Part shown: one piece after another, positions 1 through 37,350 of the stretch
Numbering within the stretch: the first letter of the stretch is position 1
Layout: each line of letters starts with the position of its first letter
Assembly: GCF_011386835.1 (NCBI RefSeq)
Contig: NC_088799.1
Coordinates: 65,782,001-65,846,000, forward strand
Source: Chrysemys picta bellii
Lineage: Eukaryota
Reading direction: 5' to 3'
DNA length: 64,000 nt
Notes under the pieces: model-generated
What the model was told of the DNA's origin: nothing
The model's input: the letters and a program-made list of their open reading frames with translations, nothing else
Databases searched by the model: none
Translations under genes and position numbers: made by a program

Positions 1-2544
1 ATCTTCAGTTGCTTCCAGGGTGTCAGTGCTCATTGAGAGCAAACCTGGCTCCAGTTAAAGCAGCATGTTTGACTGCAGAGCCTTGATGGCTGGGTTATGC
101 AAATCCCCACAGTGGCACAGATGAGTGAGCTGGGCAGGTTCCTCTCAGGGGGGCTGAGGGCTGTAGCTCAGCTCAGCCACGTGTGTCTCACTTTCAGCAT
201 AGGGACAAGATGATCAGGGAGGAGGGGCAGTCGATGAAATCACAAAGCAGGACACTGGCACAGCTGTGTACTGCAGGATTCCTCTGGGGTTCCTGAACCA
301 AAGCTTAGCATCTATTAAACTTAGAAACAAACTTATATTGCCAGGAACACGTAATCCAAAAAGCAGCCTCAGCATTTTAACAGCTGCCACATTTTCCTGT
401 GATCAGCCTCTTCGAAACGGCTCTTCTGCTTAGCTCTGTCTCCACACTAATTGCACACAGATGCAGACTAGAACATTAGTTGAAACAATATATTGGGCCA
501 AATTCCACATTGCAGCGCCCCTTGATTTCAGCTACAGTTAAAAACAGCATCCTGGTCTACCATCTTTTGCTTTTTCACCCAGGCCCTGCTAGGCAAGAGG
601 AACCCAGCCATTGACATGGACCCCACATTCCTACTTTTGCATATACCGCAAAAGAAGTAACCCTTTAGTTGCTGTGTTGACTATTATACACTGCTCCTCT
701 GTCCCAGGCTCCAGCTATCATTCAACCTCTCCTCTTCCCCATGGCTACACTGATGACCAGGAGTTACCCATTCAGTTATAGTGGCCTCATTGGGACACAC
801 TTTTACACCCGGGCTGTTCTTTGCCCTTTACATCACAGACAGTAACAGCAGAGGGTCCCTGCCAGTAAGAATACAGCTGCGGGAGGGAGGGGTTCCCATT
901 CTTTTTCACCACAGAGCTGTGGGGAGGGGATATTCCTGCTGTAGGATGGACAGATGCAAGGAAGTGGAGTGAGAGGACAGAAAGATGGACACGGATTGCA
1001 GAAGTTTGGGGGAAGGAGGTGGCTGATCGATATCTCTCTCTCTGTCTCTGCTGTAGGGCTTCAGGGGAATTCCCCAGGAAGCCTCAGGACTTGGGGACCC
1101 CCTCTTTTTATCCCCCAATCAATGACAGATTAAGCACAGATCTCATTGGTTCCTGGCGGGCAGGGACCCAGGATGCAATGTACATGCATAGAATAGATCC
1201 ATCTGTAGGACCCCACTGCTTGAGGGGAGTGGGGCCAAGAGGCACAGGAACTGTGAGCTCAGGGTGCCCTCCCTGTTGTTTCTTGGGTTTAGATTTCCAG
1301 CACCTCCCTGAGGTGTGCATCCAGACAGCCCAGAATGCACTGCATAGCGGCATTCTAAATTCAGACACAAGAAGCATCCGGTGGATAGCTCATGTGACCG
1401 GCCAAGCACACACACAGTTGGGGGCATCAGAGAATCACACAGAGCCACTTCCATCCCCCTTATCTGAAGGGAGAAAAGACCACCCCTGTCTCTTTGGGCC
1501 CTAGCTTAGAGATCCCATGAGCCACCACTGCCCACCCTCCTCTTCTCTCCTCCCCCGCACCCAACCTGGTGCTGCCTATAGACCCATATCTGAGCCACAT
1601 GACGCACCCTCACTGAGCTCTGGGGTTTGACACTTTGTATGTACAAATGCAGCTGTCCCACATTTGTCAGAGCACAATTGACCAAAGTGTCATATCTACA
1701 GGAAGTAACATTAGCCAGGCAGAGGGGGAGCCATCCTCTCACTCCCACTCCTGTGCTTTCACTTCGATAGAAATGGACAGCTTACTGCGAGGTATGTGGC
1801 GAATGGCGCTGGGGAGTCACCCAGTGGCAGTGGCTGGCCCTTTAGAAGCAGAGATGGGAATGTGGGCTGGGAGCAGAGCCCCTGGGTGGTGACCTGGGTT
1901 CAATTGAGGTACTGCCTAGAGGGTCCCAATCAAGGTTGGTGCCTGTTGTGCTGGCCGGGTGCTGCCCAGATATAGGTTAGAAGACACACCCTGGTCTGAG
2001 CTGGGTGTTATTTCAGTGAGGATGAAGGAGGCTGGACTGTCTGTGGGGCCATAGGAATAGAGTGCAAGGGACCTGGTCCTCCCTTGGTATTTATCTTCCT
2101 TTCCTTTGTCACTGGGCTCTACCTGGAAGACACTCTGAGGAGCTGTCCTGCCTGCACGTGGATGCTAGCCATTGCTCGGGTGCTACGTGGCAAGGTAATG
2201 CCTTTTTCACTCTTGTCAGTAGAGTGGGGTAACTAGTTTGACAACTCTGTTTGGGGCAGACGCGGCAGATCCAGCTCAGCGTGACTCCTAAGGTCAGATC
2301 ACTGGCGATTAGTGAGGGTCCGGAGATCTGGGGACATGGCTGAAAATCCCAAGCCTTCTGGGCATTGGAGTACTAATGGTTATTCCTATGAAAAGTCATT
2401 ATCACCAGAATTAACTGTGTGATTCAGCAGTCCCTGGTTGTTATTCAGTCACCTACCCAGGGAGCAGAAATAATGCTGTGGGAGTCAGATAACCGGTCCC
2501 ACGCCACAAAGACCATACAGCCAAGGCAAACAGCTTGCTAACAG

Positions 2545-2752
2545 TAATAATATAATACCTACCTCTTCTATAGTGCTTGTCACCAGTAGATCTCAAAGCA
2601 CTTTACAAAGACGGTATCATTATCCTCAGTTTACACATGGGGAAGCTGAGGCAGGGGGCAGGAACAACTTGCCCAAGATCACCCAGTAGACCAGAACCAG
2701 GAATTGAACCTAAGTCTTACTCCAGCGCCCTTTCCATTAGGTCATCCTGCCT
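2545..2752. mobile_element. MIR-like CORE-SINE fragment
   Basis: cattatcctcagtttacacatggggaagctgaggcag...acttgcccaagatcacccag resembles the MIR core. Confidence 0.7.
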
Positions 2753-3220
2753 CCATTGCCATAGGAAATGGCAGCTAGTTTCCCTAGGCCACTCCCCTGC
2801 CCCCCCCCCCCCCATTCAGATCCATAAGACTCCCTTGTGTCATGATGCCCGCAAGGTGCGAGTCAATCAAATCGTACAAATTTTCACCCATTTTTCAGAG
2901 ATATTTTTAAACAAAACTGTACAGAAAAATAATTGTTCAGTGAAGCTGTGCGTGGGCCACTGCTCAGAAGAACATACCTAATTACCGCAAGCCCTCTCTG
3001 TGCTCCCCAGCTCAGTTGGTTTGCCTCTCGTCTGAAACTGCAAAATTCAGCTACTCCGGCATAGGGGCCATACAAATATCAGACAGACAGAATCTTCAAG
3101 GTGGGGACTGTGCCAGTTTATTTGAACTACCAGGCATCACAGCATGCTTACGAGCACAGCAAAACATAACTAACGACTGCTTGGCTGGCTGGTTCTTGCT
3201 CACAAGCTATAGGTCTAACT

Positions 3221-3845
3221 CAGGAGTGGGCAAACTTTTTGGCCCGAAGGCCACATCGCGAAATAGAAATTGTATGGCGGGCCATGAATGGTCACAAAAT
3301 TGGGGTTGGGGTACAGGAGGGGGTGAGGACTCTGGTGGGGGATGCGGGCTTTGGGGTGGAGCTGGGGATGAGGAGTTTGGGGTGCAGGAGGGTGCTCTGG
3401 GCTGGGATCGAGGGGTTTGGAGGGTGGGAGGGGGGATCAGGGCTGGGGCAGGGGGTTGGGGCGCAGGAGGGGCTCAGGGGTGCAGGCTCCAAGCGGCGCA
3501 TACCTCAAGCAGCTCCCAGAAGCAGTGGCATGTCCCTTCTCTGGCTCCTACACAGAGGCGCAGCCAGGCAGCTCTGCACGCTGCCCCATCCGCAGGCACT
3601 GCCCCTGCAGCTCCCATTGGAGTACCGGATGGGGCCACTGGAACATGTAGGAGCCAGATTGGGGCCAAGCCGCGCCCTCCGGGAGGCGCATGATGTGGCC
3701 CCCAACCCAGCAGCCAGGGCAGGGCTCGACCCAGGGCCCTGACTGGAGCAGGGCCGAGCCCAGTCCCCAGCAGGAGCTCGCGGGGCTGGCTTACAACAGC
3801 TCGCGGGCCAGATGCAGCCCCTGGGCTGTAGTTTGCCCACCCCTG
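3221..3845. mobile_element. Non-autonomous hAT DNA transposon
   Basis: TIRs CAGGAGTGGGCAAACT / AGTTTGCCCACCCCTG (15 of 16 match); 8-bp TSD GTCTAACT / GTTTAACT (7 of 8). Confidence 0.9.
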
Positions 3846-3853
3846 GTTTAACT

Positions 3854-4185
3854 GATCACCATATGTGGGAGTCGGGAAGGAATTTCTCCCCAGGTCAGAT
3901 TGGCAGTGTCCTTGAGGGTTTTCACCTTCCTGTGCAGCATGTGGGTGCAGGTCACTTGCCAGGATTATCTGGGCATATCTCACTTCATCAGGGCTCGGGC
4001 ACTGGTGTACTTCAGTCCCTCCCGTTCTCTGCCTGGGGCATGTCATAGCCTAGTCTCTCATGGGCTGCAATACTTTGGTCTAATTTTGGTTGTGGGGTGT
4101 AGTGTGTGGGTGCTGGTGGCCTGGGCGATACAGGAGGTCAGCCTGAGTGATCTGGGGGGGTCCCGTCTGCCCCTAAATCTGTGAC
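3854..4185 (+). mobile_element. CR1-related retroposon 3' fragment (copy 1)
   Basis: Ends in caggaggtcagcctgagtgatctgggggggtcccgtctgcccctaaatctgtga, a degenerate CR1-type 3' terminus; clearly homologous to 59210-59524. Confidence 0.6.
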
Positions 4186-5501
4186 GTTAATTAACAACAA
4201 CTTGCAGCCTGAGCATTTTGTGGATGCTTCTGAACAATGAAATCAAGATCGAGTTGTGAATGATTCTGGAGTCAGGAGAAGGGGAAGAGGGATGGTTTTT
4301 TATAACAACTACTCTTGCTGCTAATGCACGACCAGCTCTACTCTTTGATAATTGGAATGTAGAAAGTGCCTCAACAGAGCAGGCAAATTGTAGAGGTACT
4401 GGATCCTGTCTCTGGCAGTGTCCTCTGCATGATGTTTCAGATAAAGGCAACCTCCCCCACTTTGAATGTATCTGTGTGCTCAGTTGTGCAATGCTGTATG
4501 TGGGAAGAAAAATTCCTTCTGGACAACTTTTGACCAGCCTATACACCAAGGACTAGACTCCGCTGTACCATTGATTTTGATGGGGTTATTGTCATTGACT
4601 TCAGTGGCAGCAGGACTAAGCCGTAAAGCATGAGGACTGGTAAGCCTGTAACTTCAGAACACCTAGTGGAACTGCAAATGTTACTCCTGTGCATCATAAA
4701 TTGTGGTTTTGAATTTTACTGAATTAGTTTTATAATACCCTGCAGCAATGAGTTTCACAGGTTAATGCTTCCCTTGTGTAAAAAAGTCTGCCCTTGTATC
4801 TGTATGAAATGTGTTGCCTTCCTTGCCCTTATAGGAGGGGGAAGGGAAGGGGAGTTCTCCGCTGGCCTTCTCTGAACCATTCATTATTGCTTGTTTCTCC
4901 AGCAAATCACTTCTGGCTCTTCTTCCTCCAAATTAATAGGCCATGACCCTGCCTATAAGAGGGCTGCTTGTAATAGTGGCTTAAAACAATTTTATTCTAT
5001 TTTTGGATCACAGCTTTTCTCCCTTGCCATTAGCATCTCTCCTTTCATTATTATGTATCTCTGTAATTACTGAGCCCTGCAAAGCGCTCTGGGATACAGT
5101 TTGCACCCCAGGAAAGGCATTAGACAAAATAAAGCTGTATCCTTTTTTTAAAAAAGGATTATTTAGAGCATTCTCATGCTATCGTTAGTTAGGAGCATTC
5201 TGCAAGAGGGAAAACAGAAGTGATTTTAACATCGAGTGAAATGGACATCACATGTGACTCACAGGCATACAGTGCTAATGATGTTAAACTGGCTAAGTCT
5301 TGGGCATGTTGAAATGGGCATAGCCAAGCAGCATTTTAGAGTAACTAACTGAGATTTCCATATATGACTGTCCAGGCCGTCAGCTAGACTTAGCCAGATT
5401 TTGGGGTCATTTTGGGAGCCTTCCATATTAGGGTAAAAGTCACTCAAATATTAGAGCTTCTAGGCTGCAAACTATTCCATATGTGGGAAGTATGTAGTTA
5501 T

Positions 5502-7109
5502 TAGGGCTGTCGATTAATCGCAGTTAACTCATGCGATTAACTCAAAAAAATTAATTGCGATAAAAAAATTAATCATGATTAATTGCAGATTTAACTGCAT
5601 TGTTAAACAATAGAATACCAACTGAAATTTATTAAATATTTTGGATGTTTTTCTACATTTTCATATATATTGTATTCTGTGTTGTAATTGAAATCAAAGT
5701 GTATATTATTCTTGATTACAAATATTTGCACTGTGAAAGATGAACAAAAGAAATAGTATTTTTCAATTCACTTCATACAAGTACTGTAATGCAATCTTGG
5801 TGTGGTGAAAGTGCAATTTACAAGTGTAGATTTTTGTTACATAACTGCACTCAAAAACAAAACAATGTAAAACTTCAGAGCCTACAAGTCCACTCAGTCC
5901 TACTTCTTATTCAGCCAATCGCTAAGACAAACAAGTTTGTTTACAGTTACAGGCGATAATGCTGCCCTCTTCTTATTTACAATGTCATCAGAAAGTGAGA
6001 ACAGGCATTTGCATGGCACTTTGTAAGCCAGCATTACAAGGTATTTACGTGCCAGATATGCTAAACATTCATCTGCCCCTTCATGCTTTGGCCACCATTC
6101 CAGAGGACATGCTTCCATGCTGATGACGCTTGTTAAAAAAATAATGCGCTGTTTTACCCCCATTCTGCCATATATTTCATGTTATAGCAGTCTCGAATGA
6201 TGACCCAGCACATATTGTTCATTTTAAGAACACTATCACTGCAGATTTGACAAAACGCAAAGAAGGTACCAATGTGAGATTTCAAAAGATAGCTACAGCA
6301 CTCAACCCAGGGTTTAGGAATCTGAAGTGCCTGCCAAAATCTGAGAGCGACGAGGTATGGAGCATGCTTTCAAAAGTCTTAAAAGAACAACACTTTGATG
6401 AGGAAACTACAGAACCCAAACCACCCAAAAAGAAAATCAACCTTCTGCTGGTGGCATCTGACTCAGATGATGAAAATGAACATGCATTGGTCCACTCTAC
6501 TTTGGATCCTTATCAAGCAGAACCCATCATCAGCATGGACGCATATAGTCCAGAATGATGGTTGAAGCATGAAGGGACATATGAATCTTTAGCGTATCCG
6601 GCACGTAAATATCTTCCAATGCCAGCTACAACAGTGCCATGTGAACGCCTGTTCTCACTTTCAGGTGACATTCTAAACAAGAAGAGGGCAGCATTATCTC
6701 CTGCAAATGTAAACAAACTTGTTTGTCTGAGCGATTGGCTGAACAAGAAGTAGGACTGAGTGGACTTACAGGCTCTAAAGCTTTACATTGTTTTGTTTTT
6801 GGATGCAGTTATTTTTTGTACATAATTCTACATTTGTAAATTCAACTTTCATGATAAAGAGATTGCACTACAATACTTGTATTAGGTGAATTGAAAAATA
6901 CTATTTCTTTTGTTTTTTTTACAGTGCAAGTACTTGTAATCAAAAATAAATATAGTGAGCACTGTACACTTTGTATTCTGTGTTGTAATTGAAACCAATA
7001 TATTTGAAAATGTAGAAAACATCCAAAAATATTTAAATAAATGGTATTCTATTATTGTTTAATAGTGCAATTAATTGCAATTAATTTTTTTAATTGCTTG
7101 ATAGCCCTA
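5502..7109. mobile_element. Foldback non-autonomous hAT element with transposase (hATC dimerisation domain) remnants in both arms
   Basis: Termini TAGGGCTGTC / ATAGCCCTA; perfect 8-bp TSD GTAGTTAT (5494-5501 and 7110-7117); about 600-bp inverted arms. ORF remnants ...PCERLFSLSGDILNKKRAALSPANVNKLVCLSDWLNKK (+, 6562-6753), the mirror copy (-, 5900-6163), and ATALNPGFRNLKCL (6247-6558). Confidence 0.92.
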
Positions 7110-9014
7110 GTAGTTATATAGTTTTATTTCCAAAATATGACCATGTAGAGCATGATTTGCAAACCCATGAGCACACGATTAATGTGTATCGCCAGGGAGA
7201 GCCCCTGGATGCATGCTGCAAAGTTCAGGTCCATGTTTGGATTTCCAGGACTTACAAATGCAGCAAGAGGTTTGAATCTAGAGCTTTGATTTGGGCCCAT
7301 TTCTACCTGGATCTGTTCACCAGGACACTAAAGAGAATTGCTCTGCTGCTGTTGTGGATGGATGGAGTGGATGACGCAATGTAAAGTGCTTCGGATGCTT
7401 ATTTGAACCAAAGTTCTGAGCCTCAGATCCAGCTAAGCTGTGGTCAGAAAAGGGCCTGCACTAACGGTGGCTTCATAGGCCTGCACACAGCCAGTACACC
7501 TGCCTCAGTTTCCCTTCCGTTTGCCCATAGCTAGGAATATCGTCTCTCTCAATGTCCAATTCAAAGGCCTGTCTCTGGGCATAATGTATGCATGTACAGT
7601 AATCCTGACAAAACCATTCTCCCCAAACCCCAAAGCACAGCAGGTACAAACACAGCAGTTTTCCCATTCCCCCTTCCAGGGTCATCACTTCCAGGTCACC
7701 CACCTGAGAGTCCAGTCTGTTCCCAGTTCCTTTGCCCTTGTTCCAGGGCCCCACTCGCCAGGCCATCAGGTCATTCTGTCCCATGACTCTGCTATCACAG
7801 CCAAGTCTATTCTCCCACAAGAGAGCTCCCTCCAGGGCGCCACTCAGATCTCTCTACTTCTCTCCCCTTCTCCTGGGATCTGCCCTCCAGCATCAAACCT
7901 CTCAATTTGGGATCAGCTTGCCCTGACCAAGCTCTGCCCAGGGGCCTCTGCAGGAAGAATCTGGGCCAGTCCTCCTCCACAGCTCCCTGGGCCGGCTCGC
8001 CTCACCTGTCGCTCTGTCTCCCAGGTCTCCTGTAGCTCTCTCCCAGTAACACTTGCCACTGCTCCTCTCTGTGTCTGGCAGTTCTCCCCTACTACTTCCT
8101 GCCTCCTTCACAGGCCGCTCACTCCAGCTCTTCCTGTCTCCTTCCCTAGGGCCCGGCTGCCCTCTTTTAAGCTCAGTTGGGAGGCATTTGACCAACGAGT
8201 CACACAGATGCACTAACCTCTTCCCTCATAAGGGGGCAGGGCCAACGGACAATCACTTCTGCATTCCTCCAGGCCCCAGGGCTGTCAGGAACCAGGTCTG
8301 TTGTAAATTACAGCAGCCTCGGGGCTGTTCTAACTCCCAGCTGGTAACAGATCCCAAGTTAGGTCAACTGGAAGCAGCAGAGTGCTCCAGCCTTGCCCAC
8401 TTCCCCAGGCACATGCCTACGGCATCCCCTATACTGAGGATAGTGGGGGAGGATGGGATTAAGCTACTCAGTTAGGGTAGCTTTATGGCCTCTGTTCAGG
8501 AGCCAGATGCTAGCTGCAAACCTCTAAGATATCATCCCATGGCAATCAGCCATGTAACTCTCCAGAAATATCACCCACATTTGAATCATGAAGAAACAGT
8601 ACAAATGAATCCCCCCCGCCAACATTCACTCACGCACATACACACACACTTTTTGAGGTTTCTTGTATGTCACTGATAAGAGTCAGCTATGTCTCCATTG
8701 GCTGATTTCAGATGGGAGATGTTCCCAGCATCAGCATTAGGGATCTGACCGTAGCTGAAACCTACTTAGATACTATCATATCTTTCTTGGTCATTCTTGG
8801 GACTCAGCAATAAAAAAAAATAATAATTCAGCAGAAAAACAGGGAACTGAAAGATAAAGATCAAGTATGTAAATTACTCCCCCTTCCCTTTGCGTCTTTG
8901 TGACCATGTATCCAGCTATTAACATCTTCAGCTCGCTTAGATCCCAGTCCAAGTTGGTGCAAGATGTCAGTCTGGGATCTCGCTCTGCCTTCCCCAGGTG
9001 ACCGTGTGAGCTGA

Positions 9015-25299
<16,285 letters not shown>

Positions 25300-26415
25300 A
25301 CTGCTACTTGAACCAAGCTGTCATTTATTAGTGTTTATTTTTGCCATTTAATCTTTTCTGTGACTAACAAACCTGCCCTAACAGGCACTGGAAGAGTCCT
25401 AAAAGAGCCTGCCATACCCAGAAAGGCAGAAGATATCTGGATTCACCAAACAGCATCAGACCCTAGCTTCTCCCACAATCCAACAACTCACTTGTGTTGG
25501 AGCCCTCCTGGTACTAAAGAGAATAGCAACCTACTTGCTATAGTTACAGATCAGGAACCTCCCTGGAGAAAGGATCCTTGAAAGCAGCACTTCACTGCTG
25601 CACTGGGCTCTTGCTACAGCCCAGAGACTGAAGGCATTATAAATGGCAATAGCCAGGTACTAATGGCCTGTGCAGGAACTACGAGCAGAGATTGATCAAA
25701 GAGACATAGAAACTAGGGATTTTTGTAAAATAAAACAGTACAAATTGAGAGGAATTGGGTCACTGAGATCCAATAGCTCCTGTCTACTCCAGGCAAGAGC
25801 CTGTCTAGTGTGCAGCTCTGGTATGGTTGGCTAGGCAGTGGCCCACAACAAGAGAGTGCTACTAGGTGTGCTTGCTACACTGGACAATCAAGAAAAAGCA
25901 TTTCCAAAATACTGGGATGGCTTCCAATCTCCATGGTCCGTCAGTGGTGGTCACAATTGTGACCAAAGTGGTCCCTGTCGCAGGCAATAAGGCAGACAGC
26001 TGTTGGAGGACTGGTAGGATTGACAGAGGTTGCACAGTATCTGCACCTTCACAGCATCATCCCCAGTAGGACCACATGGCTCCCTGTCAGTCAGGGAGGT
26101 GGTTTTGCTGCATTGCCGTAAGGGTGTGTGTGTGTTGGCCAAAGACAAATCGGAGCATGGACACATGCACACGGAGGCTGAGACGAGGCGACTTATGCCA
26201 ACCCGCTGTGCGGTGCAATTTGGTCTGAGTGACCTGCCTGGCAGGATGACACAGGTGTCTCCTTGCAGCCCAGCACCTGCCCAGCCAGCCCCCAACCCTG
26301 CAGATGTGGACTGGCTGGGACACATCTCCCCAGGAGCTGAGCCTAGCCCTCCTCATCCCCAGCCACACAGGCATGGGCTGGCTGAGGCATGTCTCCCTGG
26401 GGCCCACCACCCAGG

Positions 26416-26980
26416 CAGGGCGCCCAGAGGGGGGTGGCAAGTTGGGCAATTTGCCCCAGACCCTGGGCCCCATGAGCCCTGGCTAAGAATCCCTTTCCTC
26501 ACCCTGCGGCGGTCCGGGTCTTCGGCAGCATTTCGGCGGCGGGTCCTTCAGTGCTGCTGAAGACACGGAGCGACTGAAGGGTCCCCGCCCCCCGCCGAAA
26601 TGCCGCTGCCGCAGACTCGGAGCATGTACAAGCTTCGGTGAGTACAAACTCCCCCGCTTTGCCCCAGGCCCCCTGCATACTCTGGGTGGCCCTGCACCCA
26701 GGCCCCCAACCCCAGAGGCACAGGCTGGCTGGGGTGTTTCCCCCGGGTAGGGTGACCAGACAGCATGTGTGAAAAATCGGGAGGCAGGGGGTAATAGACC
26801 TCTATTAGGGTTGCCCACTCTGACTAAAACTATTCCAGGAGATTTTTCCCCCCAACCTGACATGATGTCATTTTCTTAAAATATCCTATTAAAATCTCCC
26901 GGATTGCTGTCAATAGTCCCTGGGAGATCGATGCCGATCCTGGGAAACTCCAGAACAATCCTGGAGGGTTGGCAACTCTA
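26416..26980. mobile_element. Cluster of hAT-derived fragments between BTK and TIMM8A
   Basis: cagggcgcccagaggggggtggcaag at 26416; TAGGGTGACCAGA at ~26748; element TAGGGTTGCC...GGCAACTCTA at 26806-26980. Confidence 0.7.
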
Positions 26981-26999
26981 ACGCCACAAATATTGGGAC

Positions 27000-29435
<2,436 letters not shown>

Positions 29436-30247
29436 GCAGGGCATGGACTTCTTTGTTCCTTTAATAAAGAGAACTGCACATCAAATGGGAGAGAGAGAGG
29501 AAAAGGAGAGCGGCTGATGGGACAGCTATAGAAGACAAGCTGTGGGGAAGTTGGCTCCTTCCTCGGTCAGATTCTAGAGTGTCCTGTCATCTGAATGAGC
29601 TGAGATCAGCTTTTTGTTTTGTCCTTTAAAATGCCAATTTTGTGAAAATTACAGCTAGACAAGAGAGCCTGTAACAGATGCACATTTACTACTCTACTTG
29701 GCGGTGTACTGTTCTCATTCCCACTGACTACCTTTCATATACTGGCTTCACACTGGGATTGTGTGGACAGAATTTCTTATGTCAAGCGCACTAACTCCAA
29801 AATGTTTAACTGGGGGGAGCACACCAAGATATCTAGGATCTTATCTACTTCAAGTACTGGAGCCAGTAGGGAATGAAACACTCAGTGAAGCTTAGGAAGG
29901 GGACCACTACGTTAAACGGTCTTGTATTCAGAATCAGTTTTTATGATTAACCCTCCCCTAAGAGAAAGACTAGTGAATCTTGGTCTTAGAACCAGACTGC
30001 AGCTGAGTTGATCTGTGCCTTCCATGTGCCTAGGGGAGGACAACAGCTTGGGTTGCAGGACTGCACCAGTCTAGCTTACTGTCCTCGGAGAGAAGAACTT
30101 GCCCAAGGATGTAGCTACGGGAAGAGATTTTAAGCCTCACTTAAGATATAAAGTCAGTCATGTGGCCAAGTAACAGTTGTTTCAGTTAGAAGTGCAACAT
30201 TGTTAAAAATTGATTTGTTCCATAAACTGCTTTCTCCTGATCATTGG

Positions 30248-30253
30248 AATAAA
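30248..30253 (+). terminator. Candidate polyadenylation signal of TIMM8A
   Basis: AATAAA about 810 nt after the stop with T-rich downstream sequence; a proximal AATAAA also lies at 29463-29468. Confidence 0.4.
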
Positions 30254-32456
30254 TATTAATTGGATCAATTTTTTAAATTAGCTTGTGTTTAGGAAGGAGG
30301 GCTGGTGGGGATGTCAGACCTACCTTTCACCTCTTCCATGGGGTGCAGCCTCTCTGCACATTCCTTGTCACCTCCATTTTGTTCACCATAAAATAATTTT
30401 TGGGCAGGGAGAGAATATGCAGGCTAGTTCTTACAGTTAAACACAATGGATCTGTTCTGACTAGAAAGCCTGTATATCATATTGTGAACTCTGATTTCCT
30501 GTTCAGTGGTCTATTTCATGGCCTCCATGACTGGATCAGCCACTTAGTAAATCTACTGTTTGTGAAAAGGGATTAAGTCCACTTCATCCACAAAGCAGAT
30601 AAAACGGTGCAGATTTCCTTAGGCAAAAACTTCTTATCTAACCAGACTACCTCTCATAAGAAGGTAATTTGTTCTCATGACCATTTGATCCTCTGTGCCT
30701 TTGTAGAGACTCACCCAATAAGAGGAGTGATTCTAGTTGGGTGAGTCTCTACAGGAAATAGACCTTCCATCTCCTCTTACACAAGTTGCTGAAAAGCTTA
30801 ATTGTGCTATTACTCTTCCCTGGAAACCCCAAATAAATTATTGAAATCATGTTCCTGCCTGTTTCCTGAGCATGGTTGTGACTGCTACTTCTGAGTTCTA
30901 CAGTGGAAGCTAATAAAGCACTACTTTTAATATGCCTCATCAGGTGACAGTGCTTACTGATGTAAGTTGTCTGTGTGTTACCTTCACAGGGGAGAAGTGC
31001 CATAGCTGGCCTTCACCTTTTGTAGCAGTTGTCTACAGTGATTATTTTTCTGAGCCATTGCTTGGATATATGGGCTGGTTCATAGGCTAGTTTCCATGGC
31101 AGTCTCCCACAACTGGTATCTTCCAGAGAACAAGTGACTGACTGGACCAATGAGACAAGTCAACTCTCTTAATCCGTCCAACCAATCCTAGGGCAGGGCT
31201 AACCTCTAAATAACAGCTTTCTGATTCTTGTATGTCTACACTGCAAAGAAAAACCCAAGGCACTGAGTCAAGCTCCAGGGCTAAAAATAGCATTATGAAA
31301 ATTCCCAGCTGGGCTCAAAGACTCCCCCACTCCTGCCAGATTTCAGAGCCCCTGCTCCAGCACAAGCAGGAGTATCTATTCTGTGCAGGGTAGACATACC
31401 CTTAGAATAACAGTGGGACTTCTCTGAGGGCAAATGCAAAGATGAGAGAACAGAATATACTCATCTTTCAGGCATTAAAACCAGTAGCTAAGTCACAACC
31501 ATCCTTGCAATAAGCAATCTATGAGAAACTTGAACTCTCCTTCCGGTTACAGTTTCAGGCTTTCATACCTGTCCCTATTGTTAATCTCGCAAAGCAGTAC
31601 TCATTTTGTGCACTACACTGCTTCCGTGGCAATCAGCTGTAATGCTTTATGGGGCACTCTTGGTAACTGAAGAAATGGATTTTAGGTGATTACCAAAAAC
31701 AGGTTTATAGTCCCTCCCACCCAACAAGGTAAGTGCCGGGGTGAAGGAATCACTCGCCACAATAAAATCTGATCCAAAAAACCACATCATTTAGTGGCAG
31801 CAACTACATTAAAGAGTCATCAGTTTTGGAAATCTAGTTCTGCTTTTAGCTTTGGGTCAGTAACCTCAGTGAGCAGAGCTGGCACCTGACAGAGAGCAAA
31901 GTTCAGATGAGGTTATAAAATAACATGCTATGCACGTCATCTTAAAACACATTACCCCTTGTTGCTGTAGGGGCAGTGACAACATACAAGGATCTCAGCA
32001 CATGGCTAGAATGTTTTGTAAACAATCTAAATATTAAAAAATATTTTTAAAAAGCTATGTTTTAAGGCCACCTAAACTGAGTGATCCTTCCATTCAGTAA
32101 GGATTAGTGTGGTGTTACTGCCGGGTCTCTTCCCACATAAGTCTGTGGCCTGATAGCAGTTGCAGCATGTTTTAAAGGAAACTCAAGTTACAGTGTTGGT
32201 AGGGATCTTTTCCAGGTTTTGTTCTTAACAGCTGGAAATTGCAATCAGGTCTCTTCACTTGCCTTTCAGGTCCCCAGCAGTGGAAGCAGAGAACACTCTC
32301 ACAGAATAGACAGTAAATGTTTACTTATTCCCAATAACACAGCTGTAGCTGGTGGAGTCTGATCTAGCAAACTCACCCAGGGGAGCTCAGTAGTGAGACT
32401 TGAAAGCTCTTGGGTAGAAGTTCCAAGGCTTTCCCAGGCAACAGGTTCATGAGTCA

Positions 32457-37350
<4,894 letters not shown>

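Noticed and set aside
3016-4046. Several overlapping ORFs of 100-225 aa
   Set aside because: They lie inside a GC-rich non-autonomous hAT element and the adjacent retroposon; the products are low-complexity with no family motifs.
5900-6753. Transposase-like ORFs as a domesticated ZBED-type gene
   Set aside because: Fragmented by stops and frameshifts and bounded by TIRs and a TSD, so they are transposon remnants.
7521-8216. 231-aa ORF upstream of BTK
   Set aside because: Ser/Pro/Leu-rich compositional ORF with no recognisable domain or convincing splice context.
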